Positions 8,795-15,626 of a DNA stretch of 64,000 bases are shown here, piece after piece. Within the stretch, counting starts at the first letter, position 1, and each line of letters begins with the position of its first letter. A program made the translations under genes and the position numbers. The notes beneath the pieces are model-generated. The model was not told the origin of the DNA, made no database searches, and was given only the letters and a program-made list of their open reading frames with translations. The stretch spans positions 226,759 through 290,758 of the forward strand of contig JBBCIW010000002.1 of the NCBI GenBank assembly GCA_037189865.1, written 5' to 3'. Origin of the DNA: Chthoniobacteraceae bacterium. GTDB taxonomy: Bacteria > Verrucomicrobiota > Verrucomicrobiia > Chthoniobacterales > Chthoniobacteraceae.

Positions 8795-9523
8795 ATGACC
8801 TTGCCGCCCACCGAATTTGCCTACGCCCAGATCCGCAAACAGATTGTCTCCGGGGAACTCAAACCGGGGAGCACCCTCTCGGCCCTCGGGCTATCGAAGA
8901 AGATAGGGGTGAGCCGCACGCCGGTCCTCTTCGCGCTGCGCAACCTTGAAAAAGAGGGACTGGTAACCATCCAGCCACGAGTCGGCGCAGTCGTGCGAAG
9001 CATCAGTTCCGTCGAGGAGTACGACGAACTCCTCTCCCTGCGCGAGTTACTGGAGACCTTCGCCGCCGGGCTCGCTGCCGAGCGCCGTACGGAAGAAGAT
9101 CTCGCCCGGTTGGAGGTCGAGATGGAGAAGCTCAAGGTGTTGCAGAAGCTCAAAAAACCGTCCGAAATGGACGAAAAACGGGAGCGGGAACTCAACCTCG
9201 TCGACGTCACCTTCCACCTGCGCATCGTTCAGGCCGCGCACCACCGCCTGCTCCTCGAAGAGATCGGCCGCCATAGCCTGATCCACCGCGTCATCTTCCA
9301 GCCCTTCCAGAGCTTCACCCCGCCCGCCGACCAGATCGTCGCCATCCAGCGCGAATCGCTCGACGATCACTTGTGTATCTTCGAGGCGATCCGTGATCAG
9401 GAGATCGAAGCCGCCAAGGCTGCCATGGCCCAATCGTTCCGTGCCCTGCGCAAGAACAATCTCCTCGCGATCAACACCCTCCACGATCGCCAATGGCAGG
9501 AACCGCTCTCCGAACTGGCGTGA
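8795..9523 (+). CDS. GntR-family transcriptional regulator (FadR-like, FCD C-terminal domain)
   Basis: The track ORF 8555..9523 is trimmed to ATG 8795. The N-terminal wHTH is YAQIRKQIVSGELKPGSTLSALGLSKKIGVSRTPVLFALRNLEKEGLV. The helical C-terminal half contains FHLRIVQAAHH, typical of FCD domains. Confidence 0.85.
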   Translation: MTLPPTEFAYAQIRKQIVSGELKPGSTLSALGLSKKIGVSRTPVLFALRNLEKEGLVTIQPRVGAVVRSISSVEEYDELLSLRELLETFAAGLAAERRTEEDLARLEVEMEKLKVLQKLKKPSEMDEKRERELNLVDVTFHLRIVQAAHHRLLLEEIGRHSLIHRVIFQPFQSFTPPADQIVAIQRESLDDHLCIFEAIRDQEIEAAKAAMAQSFRALRKNNLLAINTLHDRQWQEPLSELA

Positions 9524-9621
9524 ACGGTGATGGAGCCCGTGTGACAAAACGTCGCACTTGATGCGGCTTGCATTCGCATTACTTATGCGATATAGGTTTT
9601 TCCCTGCTGCCATTCGCGTAG

Positions 9622-10404
9622 ATGGACCGCCTGCCGCTCATTTTTTCCACGATCTGCTTCCTGCTCGGATTCGCGTACACCATGTACACGTTCGGCGCAG
9701 GCAAGCACCGTTGGCCGCGCTTCAATCTCGTGGTGATGAGCCTCGGCTTTGCGTTGCAGACATGGTTTCTCCACCTGCGGGGTGCGGCGCTCGGGCGCTG
9801 CCCGCTGACCAACTTCTTTGAAGTGCTCATCTTTCTGGCGTGGTCGATGGTGCTCCTTTACCTCGTCGTCGGGACAGCCTACCGCCTCTCGCTCCTCGGG
9901 GCGTTTACTTCGCCGTTTGTTTTTCTCCTTCAGGTCGTCGCCCTGATCGCCCCGATCGACACCCCGGCCCGCCTCCTCTCCCGGCCCGATCCGTGGCTGG
10001 AGATGCACGCCGCCCTCTCGATCATCGCCTACGGGGCCTTTGCCATGGCAGGGGTCGCCGGAGTGATGTACGTGGCGCAGGAACGGCAGCTCAAAAGCCA
10101 CCACCTTAGCTCCATCTTCTACGAGATGCCGCCGATCATGCACCTCGCCGTCGCCAACAAACGGCTGCTCTGGACCGGGCTGATCCTTTTGACGATCGGC
10201 CTCTCCTGCGGCTTTCTGGTCCAAGGGCCGCTCAACGCCTACAAGATCGGCTGGGGGATCGTCATGTGGTTTATCTACCTCGGAATCGTCCTCGCACGGC
10301 GGATCGGCCCGCGCCGGATCGCGCTTCTCTCCGTCGCCGCGTTTTCCCTTTCCATCACCGCCCTCTGGGGGCTTAACTTCCTCGTCGCCCGAACCCGACT
10401 CTAA
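9622..10404 (+). CDS. Cytochrome-c-assembly-family (CcsA/YpjD/HemX-like) integral membrane protein
   Basis: 260 aa with about 8 hydrophobic segments. Its position directly upstream of hemA resembles the Bacillus hemA-hemX association. I saw no clear WGxxWxWD heme-handling motif. Confidence 0.65.
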   Translation: MDRLPLIFSTICFLLGFAYTMYTFGAGKHRWPRFNLVVMSLGFALQTWFLHLRGAALGRCPLTNFFEVLIFLAWSMVLLYLVVGTAYRLSLLGAFTSPFVFLLQVVALIAPIDTPARLLSRPDPWLEMHAALSIIAYGAFAMAGVAGVMYVAQERQLKSHHLSSIFYEMPPIMHLAVANKRLLWTGLILLTIGLSCGFLVQGPLNAYKIGWGIVMWFIYLGIVLARRIGPRRIALLSVAAFSLSITALWGLNFLVARTRL

Positions 10405-10412
10405 GAAAGACC

Positions 10413-11495
10413 ATGAACGTTTTGTGCCTGGGCGTCAGCCATCAGACAGCGAGTGTGGAGATCAGGGAACGCTTTGCGATCCCCGACACGCAACTTCCTG
10501 TCGTGACGCTCGAAGTCGGTGCGCTCCCGGGCGTGCGCGAGACGGTGATCGTCTCCACCTGTAACCGCGTCGAGTTCTACGCCGCCTCCGACAACGCCCC
10601 GGAAGCGCTCACGGCGCTCCGCTCCTACCTGAGCGACCGCTTCACCAGCAGCACTCCTCCCCTTCCCCTCGACCAGAAGAACGAGCCGTTTTACACCTTG
10701 AGCGGTCCGGCTTCGATCGAGCACCTCTTCCGCGTCGTCTCCGGGCTGGAATCGATGGTCCTCGGCGAGACAGAGATTCTCGGTCAGGTCAAAAAGGCGT
10801 ACGCCGCCGCTGCCGGGAGTGGGGCGACCTCCCGCCTGCTCAATAAACTCTTCCAACGCGCCTTCAACGTCGCCAAGGAAGTCCGCACCCGGACCAACAT
10901 CACGCGCGGCTCGGTCTCCGTCGGTTCAGTCGGGGTTGATCTGGCGGAGAAAATCTTCGGCAAGCTCGGGCGCTGCCACGCGATGATCCTCGGTGCGGGA
11001 GAGACGAGCGAACTGACCGCGCGCGCCCTCCTCTCCCGTGGCGTGCGGAGTATCTTTGTCTCCAACCGCTCCTACGACCGTGCCGCCCGGCTCGCAGCGG
11101 AGATGGGGGGTGAGGCGATCCACTTCGATCAGTGGGACCAACGCTTTTCCGACATCGACATCCTCATCTCCTCCACCGCCGCGCCGCACGCCATTATCAC
11201 CCCGGAGAAACTCGCCCCGGTGATGAAACGGCGGCAGGAGCGTCCGCTCTTTGTCATCGACCTCGCCGTCCCGCGCGATGCCGACCCGGCGATCAACCAA
11301 CTCGAAGGGGTCTACCTCTACGACATCGACGCCCTTCAAGCCATCGCCAACCGGGGTCTGGAGATCCGCCAGCGCGAGATCACCCAATGCGAAGCGTTGA
11401 TCGCCCGGCATGTCGACGAATTCCATGGCTGGCTGACCAGTTCCCCGGCCACTCCGCCGCTCCACCACCTCCCAATCGCCTCCCGCGAAGCATGA
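10413..11495 (+). CDS. hemA: Glutamyl-tRNA reductase (C-terminally short)
   Basis: MNVLCLGVSHQTASVEIRERFA, VIVSTCNRVEFY (catalytic Cys), GETEILGQVK and ILGAGETSE (NADPH site). It is 360 aa and ends soon after FHGWL. Confidence 0.9.
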   Translation: MNVLCLGVSHQTASVEIRERFAIPDTQLPVVTLEVGALPGVRETVIVSTCNRVEFYAASDNAPEALTALRSYLSDRFTSSTPPLPLDQKNEPFYTLSGPASIEHLFRVVSGLESMVLGETEILGQVKKAYAAAAGSGATSRLLNKLFQRAFNVAKEVRTRTNITRGSVSVGSVGVDLAEKIFGKLGRCHAMILGAGETSELTARALLSRGVRSIFVSNRSYDRAARLAAEMGGEAIHFDQWDQRFSDIDILISSTAAPHAIITPEKLAPVMKRRQERPLFVIDLAVPRDADPAINQLEGVYLYDIDALQAIANRGLEIRQREITQCEALIARHVDEFHGWLTSSPATPPLHHLPIASREA

Positions 11496-12406
11496 CCATC
11501 ACACTCGGCACCCGGGGGAGCGCCCTCGCCCTTGCCCAAGCCAACCTGACCCTCGAAGCGATCCGCCACCTTTGGCCCGAAGCCTCGACCCGCATCGTCG
11601 AATTCACCACCTCGGGCGATCGCAAGCTCGACTTGAGCCTCATCCGCCAGACCCCCTCGGGGGCCAAAGGGCTCTTTACCAAGGAACTCGAAGAAGCGCT
11701 CCTACGCGGAGAGATCGACATCGCCGTCCATAGCTGTAAGGACATGCCCGGGACCATGCCCGAAGGGTTGACGCTCGCCGCCCTCCTCCCGCGAGCCAAC
11801 ACCGGCGACATCCTCCTCACCCGCACGCCGCACCGCGATCTCGCCTCCCTCCCCCACGGCACCGCCTTGGCGACCAGCAGCGTGCGCCGCGCCCGCCAGC
11901 TTCTCTGGCAGCGACCCGATCTCAAGATCGAAGAGATCCGCGGCAACGTCCAGACCCGCCTGCGTAAGCTGCGCGAATCGGCCACGCTCGAAGGGATCGT
12001 CCTCGCCCAAGCCGGGCTGGAACGCCTTGGTTTCGACCCGCTGAGCGGCTCGTTGGAAAGCGAATCGGGCCGTTTCTACACCTTGCTCCTTGAGACCCTC
12101 CCTGCCATCGGCCAAGGGGCGATCGCCCTCCAGACCCGTCGGGAAGAGGCCGAACGGTTCGCCGCGCTCAACCACCTGCCGACCTGGCGGGCCGTCACTG
12201 CCGAGCGCGAACTAATGCGCCTGCTCGAAGGCGATTGCACCCTCCCGGTCGGCGTCGCCACGCGGGAAGAAGGCGAAACGCTCGCCATGGAAGCGATCCT
12301 CTTTGGCGAACCGGGAGACCCTCCACGCCTCGCCAAAGCCGACGGCTCCACCGCCGATCCGCTCGGGTTAGCCGCCAGCGTGTTTGCAGCGTTGCAAAAC
12401 GATTGA
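11492..12406 (+). CDS. hemC: Hydroxymethylbilane synthase (porphobilinogen deaminase)
   Basis: The track ORF 11132..12406 is trimmed to ATG 11492 (ATGA overlap with the hemA stop). Motifs are LGTRGSALALAQA, TSGDRKLD, KGLFTKELEEALL, IDIAVHSCKDMP and GNVQTRLRKL. Confidence 0.9.
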   Translation: MTITLGTRGSALALAQANLTLEAIRHLWPEASTRIVEFTTSGDRKLDLSLIRQTPSGAKGLFTKELEEALLRGEIDIAVHSCKDMPGTMPEGLTLAALLPRANTGDILLTRTPHRDLASLPHGTALATSSVRRARQLLWQRPDLKIEEIRGNVQTRLRKLRESATLEGIVLAQAGLERLGFDPLSGSLESESGRFYTLLLETLPAIGQGAIALQTRREEAERFAALNHLPTWRAVTAERELMRLLEGDCTLPVGVATREEGETLAMEAILFGEPGDPPRLAKADGSTADPLGLAASVFAALQND

Positions 12407-12431
12407 ACCCGGGGCAACCTTCCGGGTGTAC

Positions 12432-13961
12432 ATGGCGAAAACATCCACCCAAGGCATCTGTTATCTCACCGGCGCAGGCCCCGGCGATCTCGGACTGGTC
12501 ACGCTCAAAGCGCGTCAGTTGATCGAAAGCGCCGAAGTCCTCATCTACGACTACCTCTGCAACCCGGAAATGCTCGCATGGGCCCCGGCAGAGGCGGAGG
12601 TGATCTACGCCGGAAAGAAGGCCGGAGCCCACACGCTCACGCAGGATCAGATCAACGCCCTGCTCGTGGAAAAGACCAAGGCAGGCAAACGCGTCGTCCG
12701 GCTCAAAGGGGGCGATCCGTTCCTCTTCGGACGCGGGGGGGAAGAAGCCGAGGCGCTCGTCGCCGCCGGGCAGCGCTTTGAGATCGTCCCGGGCGTCTCC
12801 TCCGCCATCGCCGCCCCGGCTTATGCCGGCATCCCGGTCACCCACCGGGAACACAACGCCCAGTTGACCATCTTCACCGGCCACGAAAACCCGGAAAAAG
12901 AGAGTTCCTCGATCGACTACGCCGCGCTCGCCCAGCAAAAAGGGACGCGCGTCATGCTCATGGGGGTCGAGCGGCTCGAAGCGATCACCGCGTCGCTCAT
13001 CGCCGCCGGAGCCGCACCGCAGACGCCGATCGCCCTCGTGCGCTGGGGGACGACCGGGCGCCAGCAGACCGTGCGCGGCACGCTCGCCAACATCGCCGCT
13101 ACCGTGGCGCAAATCGGCTTCAAAGCCCCCGCCGTCGCCGTCATCGGCGAAGTCGTCACCCTGCGCGATTCGCTCAACTGGTTTGAAACCCGTCCGCTCT
13201 TTGGCAAACGGGTCGCCGTTACCCGCACCCGACAACAGGCCGGAGCTTTAAGCGAAACCCTCCGCGCCCTCGGGGCCGATGTCTTTGAACTCCCGACCAT
13301 CCGGATCGAGCCGCCCGCCAATCTCCTCGAATTCGGCCAGCTCGTGCAAGATTCCCACACTTACGACTGGCTCATCTTCACCAGCCCCAACGGGGTCGAC
13401 CGCTTTTTCGACCTCTTCTTCAAACTCTACAGCGACCTGCGCGAGATCGGCGGCGTGCGGATCGCCGCCATCGGCCCCGCCACAGCGGCACGGCTCAAGG
13501 CGCTCCACCTTCAGGTCGACCTCCAGCCCGAGCAATCGATCGCCGAAGGGATCATCAAGGCGTTCGTCGCCGAAGGATCGGTGGAGAACGAAAAAATCAT
13601 GATCATCCGGCCTGAGGCGGCCCGCAACGTGCTTGCTACAGAGTTAACGAAAATGGGAGCCATCGTCGACGAAGCCATCGCCTACCGCACCGTCCCCGAA
13701 ACCGACGGCAGCGGCATCGCCCGCTTCCGCGATGAAGGGGCCGACCTCATTACCTTCACCAGCGCCTCCACCGCGGAGAACTTTATGGCACTCGGCCTCC
13801 CCCTCCCGCCTCACCTCAAAACCGCCAGTATCGGCCCGATCACCTCTCAAGCGATGAAGAAACTGGGCCTTTCCGTCGATCTCGAAGCAAAAAAGCACGA
13901 TATTGAAGGCTTGAGCCACGCCATCCGGGCGTATTATACCGGTAGCGAAGGGAAAAAATAA
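12432..13961 (+). CDS. cobA-hemD: Bifunctional uroporphyrinogen-III C-methyltransferase / uroporphyrinogen-III synthase fusion
   Basis: The N-terminal half has SUMT motifs (YLTGAGPGDLGLVTLKA, VVRLKGGDPFLFGRGGEE, VPGVSSAIAAPAYAGIPVTHR). The C-terminal half (RVAVTRTRQQAGALSETLRALGADVFELPTIRI ... ITFTSASTAENF) is HemD-like. ATG 12432 is chosen inside track ORF 12384..13961. Confidence 0.85.
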   Translation: MAKTSTQGICYLTGAGPGDLGLVTLKARQLIESAEVLIYDYLCNPEMLAWAPAEAEVIYAGKKAGAHTLTQDQINALLVEKTKAGKRVVRLKGGDPFLFGRGGEEAEALVAAGQRFEIVPGVSSAIAAPAYAGIPVTHREHNAQLTIFTGHENPEKESSSIDYAALAQQKGTRVMLMGVERLEAITASLIAAGAAPQTPIALVRWGTTGRQQTVRGTLANIAATVAQIGFKAPAVAVIGEVVTLRDSLNWFETRPLFGKRVAVTRTRQQAGALSETLRALGADVFELPTIRIEPPANLLEFGQLVQDSHTYDWLIFTSPNGVDRFFDLFFKLYSDLREIGGVRIAAIGPATAARLKALHLQVDLQPEQSIAEGIIKAFVAEGSVENEKIMIIRPEAARNVLATELTKMGAIVDEAIAYRTVPETDGSGIARFRDEGADLITFTSASTAENFMALGLPLPPHLKTASIGPITSQAMKKLGLSVDLEAKKHDIEGLSHAIRAYYTGSEGKK

Positions 13962-14006
13962 ATTTACCCTTTCTTCCCTCTCCGATACGGTATTCCCCTG
14001 CTACCG

Positions 14007-15620
14007 ATGAACATTCCATCCCACCCGTCTCAAGGCAGTGACACCCCGAAGGGCTCCAGCGGCAAGCGCAAGGCCGTCGGCATCGACCTTGGCACCACGT
14101 TCTGTGCCATGGCGCACATCGACGAAAACGGGCGGGGCCAGATCATTCCCAACGCCGAAAGCGAGCGGATCACCCCGGTCGTCATCCTCTTTGACGGGGC
14201 GACCGCCATCGTCGGCAGCGCCGCCAAACAGAACGCCGTCGCGGAGCCGGAGAAGATCGTCGACTTCATCAAACGCGAAATTGGCAAGAGCAAGAACGAG
14301 TACCACCGCGAATTCGCCGGGAAAGTCTGGGCGGCGGAGGAACTCTGCGCGCTCGTCCTGCGCAAGCTCAAGCAGGACGGGGAAAAATTCCTCGGCTGCG
14401 CGATCAGCGATGTCGTCATCACCGTTCCCGCTTACTTCAGCGATCTGGAACGGACCGCCACGATGCACGCCGGGCAACTCGCCGGGTTCAACGTCCTGCA
14501 AGTTCTCAACGAGCCGACCGCCGCCGCGCTTGCCTACGGGATCGACCGGCGCGAGGGGCATGAAACCGTCTTTGTCTTTGACCTCGGCGGCGGCACCTTT
14601 GACGTCACCATCATGCGCATCTCCGAGCATCACATCCAGATGCTCGCCAGTAGCGGCGACCATAAACTCGGCGGCAAGGATTGGGACGACGTCATCGTCA
14701 ACTGGGTGAGCGAGGAGTTTGACCGGCAGTTCGGGGAGAACCCGCTGCTCGATCTCCACAGCTATCAGGATCTCTACAACCGGGCGCTCACCGCCAAGAT
14801 CCAACTCTCCAGCCGCAACTCGACGACCCTCGTCCACAGCTACGCCGGGCACAGCCTCAAAATTGAGCTGACCCGCGATGAATTCGAGTACCGCACGCAA
14901 CACCTCGTCGAGCGGACCCGCGCTATTTGCGAAATCGCGCTGGCCGAGTCCGAATTACAGTGGAACCAGATTGACCGCATCCTGCTCACCGGCGGGATGA
15001 CCCGGATGCCCTCCGTGCGCGAGATGATCCGTGAGATGAGCGGACGCCCGATCGCCGAGGATGTCAGCCCGGACGAAGCGGTCGCCATGGGGGCTGCCTT
15101 GCAGGCGACGCTCGTCCTGCTCGGCAAAGAGGACGAAGGGGGCGAACGGCTCATCTCTGAGGAGACACGCGGCAAGCTCTCCAGCTCCGACGGGGCGCTC
15201 GTCCGTGTCACCAACATCACCACGCACACCCTCGGCGTGGTCCTCTGGGACGACGAGCAGATGGAGGAGTACGTCTTCCCGATGATCCGCAAATCGACCA
15301 CCATCCCTGCGGAGATCCAAAATTCCTTCGGCACCGCGAAGGCGAACATGAAAAACGTCATCGTCCGGGTGGTCGAGGGAGAAAGCACCGTCCCCTCCGA
15401 GTGCATTCCGCTCGGCATTTGCGACGTCGAACTCCCGCCGTTTTTGCCGAAAGGATCGCCCGTCCAGTTGACCTATCGGTATGACCAGAATCAGGTGCTC
15501 GAAGTCACCGTCGACGCCTACGGCAATCAGAACAAAGTCAAAATCGCCCGCGACATCGGGCTGACAGAAGCGGAAATGGAGACCGCCACGGCGGATCTGA
15601 TGCGGATCAACGTGGAGTAA
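14007..15620 (+). CDS. Non-canonical, C-terminally truncated Hsp70-family ATPase (HscC-like size)
   Basis: 537 aa. Motifs are VGIDLGTTFCAMA, VITVPAYFSDLERTAT, LNEPTAAALAYG, FDLGGGTFDVTIM and LTGGMTRMPSVREMI. It has a beta-sandwich substrate-binding region but no long helical lid and no EEVD tail. Confidence 0.85.
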   Translation: MNIPSHPSQGSDTPKGSSGKRKAVGIDLGTTFCAMAHIDENGRGQIIPNAESERITPVVILFDGATAIVGSAAKQNAVAEPEKIVDFIKREIGKSKNEYHREFAGKVWAAEELCALVLRKLKQDGEKFLGCAISDVVITVPAYFSDLERTATMHAGQLAGFNVLQVLNEPTAAALAYGIDRREGHETVFVFDLGGGTFDVTIMRISEHHIQMLASSGDHKLGGKDWDDVIVNWVSEEFDRQFGENPLLDLHSYQDLYNRALTAKIQLSSRNSTTLVHSYAGHSLKIELTRDEFEYRTQHLVERTRAICEIALAESELQWNQIDRILLTGGMTRMPSVREMIREMSGRPIAEDVSPDEAVAMGAALQATLVLLGKEDEGGERLISEETRGKLSSSDGALVRVTNITTHTLGVVLWDDEQMEEYVFPMIRKSTTIPAEIQNSFGTAKANMKNVIVRVVEGESTVPSECIPLGICDVELPPFLPKGSPVQLTYRYDQNQVLEVTVDAYGNQNKVKIARDIGLTEAEMETATADLMRINVE

Positions 15621-15626
15621 GCCGGA

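Noticed and set aside
12195-13235. Long antisense ORFs opposite confident genes (for example 12195-13235 -, 14955-16115 -, 31054-32472 -, 38999-40084 +, 46239-47441 +, 53579-54661 +, 61306-62331 -).
   Set aside because: They lie exactly opposite genes with strong family motifs. Their translations are Arg/Gly/Pro/Ala-rich low-complexity strings typical of shadow ORFs in high-GC DNA, and they contain no recognisable motifs.
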